This document shows, in pieces, positions 9,588 to 20,000 of a stretch of 20,000 nucleotides of DNA. The notes beneath the pieces are model-generated. The model saw only the letters and a list, made by a program, of their open reading frames with translations, made no database searches and had not been told where the DNA came from. A program made the position numbers and the translations under genes. The stretch is taken from contig ML002223.1 in the NCBI GenBank assembly GCA_003614675.1, positions 54,925-74,924 of the forward strand, in the 5' to 3' direction. This DNA comes from Dimargaris cristalligena. Lineage: Eukaryota. Position 1 is the first letter of the stretch, and every line of letters begins with the position of its first letter.

Positions 9588-11862
9588 CAGACACCCTGGC
9601 AATATGTGGATCGCTGGTGCCCAGATAGCCACTGGAGCTGATGCGCTGGTATATTATCGGGCAGGACGAAAATATTACAATAAGGCCTTTTCCAAATTAC
9701 ATTTTAGATACTATTATATTTCATTAAGGTAGGTGCAAGTGGGCCATTGATGCAAAAATAGACTGCCAAAATTCTCATTGGCCACATTCTTAACTGGCAC
9801 GGGAAATCGAGGTCAATCGTACATCATATTGTCTTTCGAGGTTTAGGTGTTTAATATCAATTTTTTCTTTAACCAATAATTGATGCCATCGTGATTCCCC
9901 ATAGAATATATCAATTTTGGATTTTGATAATCCGAGCAGGGGCTGGTCCAAGACGGCACGATCGGATAATAGTATCGCCCCTTGTGCCCTTTATTCCTCG
10001 ATGAAGAATGGTGGTAACCGTATAGACGAAACTCCTCCGACCAGAATGTGAAAGGAGGGAACCTGCCCCTATGGACCCATTTTTAGCGAATACCCAGCGA
10101 CAGGGATCCAGCGTGGATATGTCTATAGTGTGACCTGTGGTGTATCGATTCATTTCAGGTATTGCGAAGGACAATGGTTGCCAGCCTTGCTTATCTTCCC
10201 CTACGTAGCCGTAGGGTCAATCACGTGTCCCCTTCCATTATATTTTGCAATAGCGATCGATTCAGTGACATACACATGGGCGAAATTTCAACCCAATTAT
10301 ATAGAATTCTGAATAGTATGCAAATGCCCGAATAGGCGGGATAGTTATTTTTAACTATTAGAATCAGTCGTATCAGACAGATATTGTGCAATATAGCAGG
10401 ACTGAACCCTTCCCACATGCCTGTACATTCAAAACTCGGATATAGCTGAATCACAGATTAAAATCCTTAGAAGGGAGTATCAGCCGACCAGTTTATTAAT
10501 AGGTATCCTAAATCAGGTAGCTATAAGGTTAGTAAACGCCCCGGGATAGAGAGCAACATTGTACATGAGCCCTATTGCCCCCAAAGTAAGAATTGCTAGC
10601 TAAATTATATCAAGATCTATAGGCATTTCGCATGGCGAGAGATTATTACCAATGCATCAAGGTGGCGGAACGTAAGCTTCCATGTCTTGGGGTCGGATGG
10701 ATGGAGAAAAAAACCATGCTGATTGTGCCGGAATACGCCTCAATATAACCGTAATGTTCCAAATAATCGTATGGTTAATATAAATAACTCTATTTTAAAC
10801 AGTAAAAAGGCCCAAGAAGGTGTAGGAGGGTTGTAAAATAAGGCAACTGTGTCTAGGAGGAATATGGCCACTAGTAGGTCGGTGATGTTCCTTACTCATA
10901 GGGGTGTATATGAATAGTGCAAAAATACCTCGCTTTATCAAACCTTGATACCACCCTGCCGATTTCACCGTGTTATGCTTTGCGTTTTTATCCCAAGCCA
11001 CTCCAATGGACAGGCTTTTTATTGAACACCTCAACAATCATCAACTGGGTTTGGTTCTGTTTCCGTTCCCTCCTCGTAATTGTACCTACACTTGACCGTT
11101 ACCTCCATTAAAAGAGCAGAAACAATTACTTATTGACAGTGGAAAGTACGAGTGAATTCCAATGTAGTTGTTTGGGATTTTGAGAAAAATGGAAGCGTGA
11201 AAATAGTTAGGAGCTGTATTTTTAATCCGCATATCCTAACCTACCAAACTTGGACTATATTTATTCAGCAGGACCAAACCTTTTCCTTCTCTTCAATATT
11301 CTATGGATCGCTACATGATACATATCCTTTATTTATTTTTTTCATTTAAACATAATTAGCACTGTGTGGTAAAATAGGGTCTGACTCCCCACAGACAAGT
11401 CATATTTTTCACATATTAACGATACTGCAGTTTCTAAGTCGACTTCCTCAAATCATTAGTTTACTTGCATATCCATTATTATCAAGGTCACAGGCTATAA
11501 AACATCAACCATTGATTTTGTTGAGACATGTATTTTTATTGTAACAGTTGTGGATTATTGTCACCGCAAGTTTATATATACTTCAGAATCCTGTTTGGCA
11601 TAGTTTTTATATCATCTATACCTATAAAAATAGTAATTTAAAAACAAACCGTGCCGGTTTTCCCGTTCGATTTTGACTCTGTCATTATGCCAATATATAA
11701 CGGTATTAAGTAATTAAGTTGGTATTTCCGGAATATTAGAGTGGTGGAGTCAGAGAGATGAATGGCACTAACGAGCTTCTGCCAATATCAAGTCCCTAGC
11801 TATGTACCAGTAAAATAATGCCGAACCGGGCCGCTTACTGGACCCTATTTCGGGAGACTGGT

Positions 11863-13242
11863 TTAGAGGTTGATATCGCGTACTTTCTGGATTAAATCTC
11901 CAGTGTCCTTAAGTTCATAGTAGGCATCGTTAAACACATCCAAGGTTTCGTCGACTGCATACTTCTCGCCATCTATAAGCTCCAGGGAATCGTATATACC
12001 ATCCAGGAATCTACCAGAAATAGGCAGAGCCAACGTATTCGTACGTGCTATATGAGCTTTGAGGAGATATTTGAACGCGATACCATATTCAGGTTGAGCA
12101 GAATCTTCTAGCTCGTTCATCAAGGTGCAGATGGACTGAATGACCTGACCAGCTTGGTGCGTAGCGGCAACAGTTACAGCAAAGAGGGCATATTGGCGGA
12201 GCAAGGGGAAAAGTTTCTCGGCAACGGCACGGTTGTTCGCTTGTTCAATAGCCAATCCAATAGCGGACTGCCAAAAATCAGTAAGGGGATCATTATTCGC
12301 TAACGAAGAACTAGTGTAATATATATTCCAGATAGAGCCGATACTCACGCGTTTGACCAGTTCAGGTAGAACTTCGTTTAGGGGCAGAAAGGCCCGACCG
12401 TTCTTCAGATTGAGCCCACTAGACGGGTCAGGCATGTACATGGCCGCTAGGTCATTACTCTGAAAATATGCCATGATCGTTGTTTCAAACAGGTTGACCA
12501 GTATTTCAGGATTGACACTGGCCACTAATGGAAACTGGGATTTGAGAACTTCAGGCGATAGTTGGCCCATGTCGATACTTATGTGCGACCCCATCGACGA
12601 CTGTGGACTGCCGTTATCCTTCAGAAATTTAGAATATACTTCACCTTGGTTATTAGGAATGTCGCTTGGCTGGTTACTCCGTCTAGAGCCGACTAGCTTC
12701 TCATAGGAAGGGTCGCCTTTCCCAGCAATCCGATCGAGCGCAGTGTCCCAAGTTTCCAAGGGAGCCGCCGTGAACCAGTCCAAGGCAAATTTTTCCCAGA
12801 ATTTTTTTACCAACTTGGGTTGGTCATAAGAATCAAGCAGGTTGGATATATCACTGGCGAACCCTTCCAACGTGAATGGGGCCTAAATAATAAAGCAATG
12901 GGGCAGATTAGAATACACACATTATTAAAGTATAAGTATACGGCTTGCACATAATCTAGCACTACATTAATCCACATAGCAGATGGTTCGTCTATTGCTC
13001 ATTTAATAAAACCTGAAATCAACACCGGTCCGCTGGCTCGTTATAGTCGAAGGTTGGCCATAGCACCCATTGGATAGATGCAACTACTTCATTCGATGGT
13101 CGGTACTTACATTCACAGCGGGCTTGTCCCTACCAAGGCCAAATAGTCCCGGAAGGGGTTCACCGAGGGCGTGGTGGTTGGAGACACATGAAATCATGAC
13201 AGCGGCCAGAGCAAGTTTGAAGGCGGTGGTGGTCAGCTTCAT
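11863..13242 (-). CDS. Secreted hypothetical protein (candidate effector); exons 13242-13111 and 12882-11863, 383 aa
   Basis: Signal-peptide-like N-terminus MKLTTTAFKLALAAVMISCVSNHHALG. A phase-0 intron 13110-12883 (GTAAGT...CTAAT...TTTAG) joins KPAVN to APFTLEGFASD and on into the 335-aa ORF. No domain recognised. Confidence 0.85.
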
Positions 13243-13258
13243 GGTGTAGATAGCGAAG

Positions 13259-13413
13259 CTGGTTAGCGGGGAAGGCGAAAGTAAAGTCAAAGGAATGGGT
13301 GGGGCAATAAAGCAAGGTTAACCACACAAAGCGTTGAGCAACAGTGGTATAAGAAACCGGCGATAAAAATAATAATTCAGCGGGGCGTGACAGCGAAGTG
13401 GTAATTCACATAC
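13259..13413 (-). other. Putative 5'UTR intron of the 383-aa secreted protein gene
   Basis: On the minus strand, GTATGT at 13413-13408 and GCTAACCAG ending at 13259 lie between the TATA box and the ATG. Confidence 0.4.
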
Positions 13414-13487
13414 AAATAACTGGGAAACAGGTTAGGACGATTGCAAAGAAAAATATGGGACTGCAAAGGTTGGGCAAACCGGGCAGG

Positions 13488-13495
13488 TATTTATA
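13488..13495 (-). promoter_or_regulatory. TATA box (TATAAATA) upstream of the 383-aa secreted protein gene
   Basis: Consensus TATAAATA on the minus strand about 250 nt upstream of ATG 13242. Confidence 0.5.
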
Positions 13496-14182
13496 CTTTA
13501 ATGTGTAGTGCAATACACCTAGTACCGCTATTGACTGGTCAAAACGAGGGGGTGATGGAATAGGGGCTTTTCGCAGGGCTACCCTTCGGTGGACAGACAG
13601 GGTCAACAGCCTATCACTGTTTTAGAAAACTTGGATCGGGTCTATATAATAGTATCCAATAAGGACCCGATTCCCGACCCGGTTACGGTTTCAGATAGCT
13701 TTAAGGATCATTTTCGTACGGATATAGCCATAATGGATACCCTTGAAGGATCGGGTAGAGGTAAATTAATAAAATAGAGTGGCCATTTTGTAGACCGTAG
13801 TAGAGTGACACCTTCCTTTAAAATGAGAACAAGCACGTATTAAAATGGTGTAGAACCCAGGGCGGCTTAATTATTAGCCACCGTTAGCCATAGTGGGAGG
13901 TGAATGGGTTGGGATCCCCCCCCTACTTTGAATGAATGCCAGCCAATAGTACCTTGCACTAGTTAGCGGAGGCTTTATTCCACACCCCTTCGCTTAGATG
14001 CTCGTTCCCTCTTGGAAAAAATAAAAGGAGGGATATTTAAGATTATACCAGCTAGTATATTTCGACTAAGCGGAGTATGTGGCATGGAAAACGAAACCCA
14101 ACCATAATAAAACATTCAAATTTAGTGCTACATCTTATATTTTACTTGAGTACGGGCTAATTCAGTGTCTTCATCCATCCCG

Positions 14183-16150
14183 TCTCACAGTTTAAAGTGG
14201 GGTTATAATGATATCATAACTGGTTACCAAACAATAGAGTAGTTAGTGCAATATCCAGTGAGACAGGTGCATTTGAATCCATCTGTTATCAAAACCAGCA
14301 ACTTTTACCACCCTCTGGCTTGGAGAGGTACCTTTTTATAACACTGCTATAGTAATAAACCTTGTGCCATTCAATCTCATTTTCCCCTGCTAGCACATAG
14401 TATCTGGTGGAGGACCAGACATTTGGTCCTTGAGCCGTGTTGGCCCTCCTAATCTGACTTAATCTGGACCTAATAATTGCCTGTCCTTATTAGGCCTTAT
14501 AGTATCATATTAACCCTCCCATAGTCACCCCTGGTACTATGGGGTCACCTTTTATAACCCCACCCATTTGACCCCAATGCTTCATACCCCAAACACTCAA
14601 CTTACTGATCCAAGACTCTTCCAGTTCCCATGAGAGTCTTCCCAATGCAAAGTTGTCCAGTCGGATTCTTTACTTCCATACCTTAGTCTTAGTAGTATTT
14701 CCCTTAGGACCTCCCTCTGGAGCCATCCCCACATATATATAACCAGGTCCTCCTGGGACTGGTTCAAACCTTAGCTTATTCCTATCCCTTAGTTTACCCT
14801 AATAAACTCTATATACACTCATTCCCCCTTATACTAACTAGTAAGTGTGCCTGCTGCATGTCCCTGGCATTTACCTGCATTATCCTTTATTGGTTTGTAC
14901 TATGCCCCCATCCTAACACTAGTAGCCGCTTGGCCAAGTCTAAGCCCCACCTACTGTTAGAAACCTATCCTTGGGACTCTTGATGGACTAAGAGTGGTTA
15001 ACCTGGGCAATAAGCCATTTATATATATATAGATACTGTGTAATGATTTTATGGAACAGCTAAACAAAGTGTGCCACTAATTTGTAGTGCTCATGAAAAC
15101 TAATGGGCTTTCAGTGATATAGACAATAAGAGAACCCAGGTTCTGTTTACTGAAAATTTATATGAGATGATGGTGGACAAATGCTGGTATCAATAGGTTG
15201 GCATGCAGGGCTTGGTAAGACCCATCTAATTATAACTCACCCCCCTTGCAAATGGGAGTGTGTGGCTATGGTAAGTGGTTCCAGTTGCTTAACTAAGGCT
15301 ATGGACATATTGGGGTGTATCCCCACTGCTAATATAGTATAGTATATGGTTTAAGGGTTGGAGTACAGTTTTCAGGTTAGTGCTTATCATATAAGCTAAT
15401 CTGACTTACATCAGCTACTCCCACTTAATTGGGCCTCAGTAAAACATATCACCTTCCCATGGCAACACTTATTACCACAGGGATTACCTAGCTCATCCCC
15501 CTAGTTGCTACTATTAAGCTCTGCTCTTTATACTCCAGTATAGATCTGACTATTTGTCCCTTTCTACTAGAGTCCTCTGGATCCCAATGGACTACAACTG
15601 ACCTCTTTCATATTCCATAGCATTCTATTGTATTACCACTGGACAAATTTACTGGTAGTTTGAGTTTATAAATATCCCACCCAGCTTACAATTGATTAGT
15701 TTATTAACCTACATTTTCAATTTGTTACTTAAAAAGCCAAACATAGATTTATTCAATTAATCATTAGTGTCTATTGTAAACAATCAATTGTGATTCACCA
15801 GGTGGCACTACATCCATTGTACTGAGTGAACCTACCCGGATATTGTTGCAGAAGAGTTGCTCTATTGACCTACATGTTCCCTCATCACAATTGTCTTCAT
15901 CATATTTGGGCACATATATTTAATGGCTCTATACAAATTGGTAGTATAGCTGTTCTGGAATAAACCCTTATATATTTATTGGTATTTGATGGAAAACTGG
16001 TATAAAAATTTTATAAAATATGTATACTAGGTTGACTGTGTAGTCTAATGCACATGTAGTTGAGAACTATAGGTGTGAATTCTATTGTTCAGCACCTAAT
16101 GTGAAGAAAGCCCAAACCCCATCCAACCCTACAAACTCCAAGGGAATAGT
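14183..16150. mobile_element. CpG-depleted block, probably a degenerate repeat or transposon relic (family unassigned)
   Basis: By eye I count only 4 CpG in ~1.97 kb (near 14436, 14662, 14927 and 15837), while the flanks carry frequent CpG. The ORF track shows no ORF here. No convincing terminal repeats were found. Confidence 0.55.
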
Positions 16151-16653
16151 CCGCAACACTTATGAGTTGTGAAACTAGAACATATTTACTAAAGCCCAAA
16201 TGGACGCTTGTTCATTAAGTGTAAAACACTTATCCATTTTGGTACTAAATTTGGCATTATATGCATGGCTACATAAAATACATTCCAGTATAGAATTGGA
16301 CCAAATGGCGACTGCCATCGACCTGAATATCCATTAATTCCAGCCCGCCTAATTGACTGAGCATTCTTTCACTGAAACAGTCGGCAGTGCCCTCTTCCCT
16401 AGAAATAAACTACTGGTATAAACACAACGGGAAACCTCGACCCATGTTTACCATATCAGATTTTTAAGGCGACTGCCAACCTAATCTAGAAGCCCAGGAC
16501 TTTCACCTATCGCCATGGGCAAGGGTAGTAATCCAATACACCCCGGCCATTCCATTACATTTCCTCAATATTACCAATGCGGCCCTGGCAATTTGCTTTA
16601 CCTCTATGCCCCAAAAAACTGGCTTACTGTTAGCCCAATCGAGGCGTATCCAT

Positions 16654-16672
16654 CCCCCCCCCCCCAAAAAAA
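16654..16672. repeat. C12-A7 homopolymer runs
   Basis: Read directly. Confidence 0.8.
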
Positions 16673-17998
16673 GGCATATCCCCAATGATTGTGGCCAAAT
16701 TGAGCTTACAGACACTGTTGCCTGTCGGATAATGATAATAGCCGGACCCTGCAGAGAGGAATTTTCCTATAGGGCACGGTATCTTTGGTTTTCATTGCGG
16801 CATAGAGATATCTGCAATTCCCCTCTCGACATTCCATAAATTTCAACCTAGCTCGAGTCTCTAAAGTGCCTCATCCTTCTTCTAACAGCCAGGTGGTGGC
16901 TTTGTAGTCAACCTAATACCTTTGCTTCCCTACAAACCTGAAATCCACGACCTCACCCTCCCTCCCCCAACGACCATGGCTTGGAGTATAGTCATGCTGC
17001 AAGGGATATGAGCCTCCCGAGTACTACGCTTGTCACTCGCAGGGTACTTCTAATGGCCGCTGCTTTGGCAAAGTGAGGGGAGGGGGAAACCTCTATTTTG
17101 GAACGTTAGCAGTTGCTAGAGTATTTTTATACGCCCCAGTTACTATATACCATTGGTTGGGGAATGCAGTTTTGAGTTGAGTATGGAGGGATGCTCATGA
17201 GGACCACTACCTGTTTATGGTGATACAGGGACCACCGCCACTGCATCAAAGAATATCCATTATGTAACCAACCGCCCTATCCCTTCTCAAATGGCCATTG
17301 GCTGCACTTTCCGCATTCCAATGGCAGAAAAAGTCAAAGGAAAATAGAGTCAGGTTACTATGTGAGTAGCTGAACTAATGATGGCACCTCTCTTTAAGCG
17401 CGAAGTACGTTAGGTTTATTGAGTGATACTTCTCGTGCTGTAGCAATTTCCTGTAGTAAAAACAAAAGTCAACATTATAGTGGAGGGAGGAGACAAGTCT
17501 CGCATATTTCCAATCTCTTGCCTAATACTGGACAGTTGCTGGGCGATAAATAGACTATAGTTAAATTTAAACTGGCATTTAAAGAAAAGACTTACAGTAT
17601 CCGTACAATCGCTTACCCCAACCCCTTTGTACCACGGCGGTGGCCCATTTCCCCTTTCGCTATAGAGCCAATTGGTGGCTAATCCATGAATATATTTTGG
17701 ATCCCGCTAGAGGACCGACGTTTCCTCTCGTACTATCCCTACACCACCCACGTACACCAGAGTATTCGGTTAATAGCCGTGTAACCAACATGGGTAGAGT
17801 CAGACCAATTATTCTTTAAGAGCGATGGGGCCTGCTAAACTAGTTAGGATTCATTTAGGGCATTTGATTAACCGCCCTCGACACTGAAGGCTTCTAGTGT
17901 CGGGGCGGCTGTAATACAGCAGGCCACGCCCTATGCAGCGAAAAATAGGGCGGGGGAGGTCCGAAGTAAATTCGCCAATATAGCAATCTATCTAACAT

Positions 17999-18006
17999 TA
18001 TAAATA
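17999..18006 (+). promoter_or_regulatory. TATA box (TATAAATA) upstream of the Gly-rich secreted protein gene
   Basis: Consensus TATAAATA about 200 nt upstream of ATG 18201, followed by a pyrimidine-rich leader. Confidence 0.6.
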
Positions 18007-18088
18007 CCCCGGTGGCTAGTTTCCTGTTAAAGTCAAGCCCTATTACCATCACATCTCTTCAACTGTTTGTCACTGAGGACATTTCCAA

Positions 18089-18091
<3 letters not shown>

Positions 18092-18119
<28 letters not shown>
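18092..18119 (+). repeat. (TC)14 microsatellite in the presumed 5'UTR
   Basis: Read directly. It lies between the TATA box and the ATG. Confidence 0.9.
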
Positions 18120-18129
<10 letters not shown>

Positions 18130-18200
18130 CATACTCAGCCCGCCGTTTACCCTGTTCTACCCAGGCCACTCTTTCCACCTCTGTTCTAAGCCAGTTCACC

Positions 18201-18647
18201 ATGAAGTTCACGGTCGCCCTGTTTACCTACGCCACCGTGCAGTTGGTGTCCGCCGGAACCCTGCCCGTTGATTTCCTGCCCACCATGACCTCCCTCGGTA
18301 CCTCTCAATCTGGCGGACTCGCCTCTTCTCAATCAACTGAATACTCGACAAGGGCCAATCCTATCAAATTCGACAATGTCAGCGAGGCCAATTGGCCCGA
18401 AATTAAGCATTCCTCGCCCTACATCGACGCCGTAAATAATGTAGAGGGGGAAAATTCAAATCAATTTGAAAAACGTAGGGGTGGGCACGGTGCGGGGCAT
18501 GGTGGTAGTGGAGGAGGAGGAGGAGGAGGTGGTGGTGGTGGCAATAGCACCAGTGCCGCTACTAAGCTGTCTAATCCATTTGGAATTTTACCCCGCGTTA
18601 AACATTACGCTACTGACCTGTACCAAAATGGCTGGCATACTAAATAA
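18201..18647 (+). CDS. Small secreted glycine-rich prepro-protein, 148 aa
   Basis: ATG in a CACCATG context, signal peptide MKFTVALFTYATVQLVSA, Ser/Thr-rich pro-region and EKRR (codons at 18471-18479), then GGHGAGHGGS-G11-NSTSAA. TATA box upstream and AATAAA at 18777-18782. Confidence 0.85.
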   Translation: MKFTVALFTYATVQLVSAGTLPVDFLPTMTSLGTSQSGGLASSQSTEYSTRANPIKFDNVSEANWPEIKHSSPYIDAVNNVEGENSNQFEKRRGGHGAGHGGSGGGGGGGGGGGNSTSAATKLSNPFGILPRVKHYATDLYQNGWHTK

Positions 18648-19679
18648 CTATCCGGACTTCCTTTTACATCACCAAACGCTGGTTGGGGCGCTCCTGGTTT
18701 AGCTACTGCCGGCTGCAATTTACTTTTTTTCTTTGAAAATCTCGTCGTTAAATCTCTTTGATTTTAAAATTATGACAATAAAGTAGCAATACTATCTACT
18801 CGATAACTGGAAAATTCGAAGTTGAGGGCTATCCCTAGTGATGAATGACTGTGCACTGGTGTGTATTAGTTATACATAGTAGGGTGGAGACAGATTGACG
18901 GTCACTGAAAATGGAGAAAAATGAGGATATTAATAATACGGTGGGAATAGTTAAATTGATGATTCAAAAAATCCGACGCACTCGTAGATAGTTAACGGGA
19001 CCTAGCAAGTAGTCAAAAGGTTTGTTAGAGGGCTGTCATTGAATTGGTAGGGCATATACCAGAAATATTTAATGGTGCAGGATTGTCCCACTTATTTAAA
19101 TGAAACACTTCTAACTACTTTCCCAAATGTAAGCTTGGCAAGAGAATATAACTATTAAATGGTAGCAGTAGTGGAAGCGAACTGGTGTGAATTATGTATA
19201 GGGGATTAATCAAACATAGCTATCGGACTGGCTGATATTTTTTGGAATAAATTCCAGTAATAATTGTCTCAATAATGGTGAATTACTTAATTTTATGGTG
19301 AGCGAAGGTTCGTGGACAATGTCTAATCTGATTTATCTTTTTGTGTGTTAGAGTCTCCCATTCTGGCGGTCTATTAAGTATACATCGGCATTTTTAAGTC
19401 CTGTATTATGAAATTCCACAACTATTATATTGTAATAATTTACAAAATATTAGAAATATATTTCTCCCATCTCACTAATCATATATCTTTGGTTAACAAT
19501 CCCATATTCGGGAAACCAGTGAACCCATATTTTTTATCTTATCTAGTACTATAAAACTAACCCATTCTACGTGTGGTTTTTTACTTCGTTTGATATTATA
19601 TTAAGTTACTTAAGGAAATATTTACTGTTGGAAGTACTAAAGGATTATCAATAAAATTGTATATAGGGGAGAAAAGTAG

Positions 19680-19952
19680 CTAAAAGTTGGTAGGTATCTC
19701 TAGGTGGCCAGCTTTATTGAATACGATATTCGGCAGGGAACATTCGGAGTGGCTAAAATCAAAGGACTCAGTGTAGCTTAATAAATTAACACGTTCGGAA
19801 ACAGGAGAAAATAACATACCCACCGGGACATATTTTTCAACAAAGTGACCTATGCTACTATCCGTAGACGTTTCATAAATGAGAATTGACTTTAATAACA
19901 TACGACGACTTGGGAAAACGATGATTGCAGCCGGGACCAATTGGCCCCGTGG
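19680..19952 (-). CDS. Possible terminal exon of a minus-strand gene starting beyond the window
   Basis: An open frame of about 90 codons lies immediately downstream of an acceptor-like ACTTTAG and is followed by very AT-rich sequence. No homology recognised. Confidence 0.25.
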   Translation of the reverse strand, partial: PRGQLVPAAIIVFPSRRMLLKSILIYETSTDSSIGHFVEKYVPVGMLFSPVSERVNLLSYTESFDFSHSECSLPNIVFNKAGHLEIPTNF

Positions 19953-20000
19953 CTAAAGTTCGAGAAAGTACATGGACAGCTGAATCATGTTTTAGAAAAA

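Noticed and set aside
9850..11350. Short ORFs of 60-90 aa, including a minus-strand peptide FPPFTFWSEE faintly like the neighbour's FPTFQFEWEG
   Set aside because: Most have non-ATG starts and no splice or expression signals, and the similarity is too short to distinguish from chance.
14411..14640. Small hairpins (AGGACCA/TGGTCCT and AAGACTCT/AGAGTCTT) as a possible Helitron end
   Set aside because: Stems of 7-8 bp occur by chance, and there is no correctly placed CTRR terminus.
14117..16253. CAAATTTAGT / ACTAAATTTG as possible terminal inverted repeats flanking the CpG desert
   Set aside because: Only about 10 AT-rich bases match, the match does not extend, and there is no target-site duplication.
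18466..18702. Overlapping alternative-frame ORF with a poly-Glu/Val run
   Set aside because: It starts at TTG and is a by-product of the GGA/GGT glycine repeat.
1..20000. CRISPR array, prokaryotic operon or defence system, or genetic-code reassignment
   Set aside because: There are no repeat-spacer arrays, the genes carry spliceosomal introns, and confident genes end in standard stops with no internal stops.

Overview
Eukaryotic, fungal-looking genomic DNA with GT-AG spliceosomal introns. An early-diverging lineage such as Zoopagomycota is plausible but is only my inference. The first 6 kb is gene-dense, with three + strand genes: the 3' end of an unidentified gene, a two-exon TFB3/MAT1 (CAK assembly factor, C3HC4 RING), and a two-exon LRRC40-like leucine-rich repeat protein. 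The remaining 14 kb is gene-sparse and AT-richer. It holds three orphan-looking genes, each preceded by a TATAAATA box: a 215-aa protein that starts from a 7-nt coding first exon, a 383-aa secreted protein, and a 148-aa secreted Gly/His-rich prepro-peptide with a Kex2-type KR site. It also has a sharply bounded ~2-kb block almost devoid of CpG (probably a methylated, decayed repeat or transposon) and possible pseudogene fragments. I see no CRISPR array, tRNA, rRNA or intact transposon. I cannot establish a new biological system from this window; the best leads are the prepro-peptide, the CpG-depleted block and a structured segment in the TFB3 intron.
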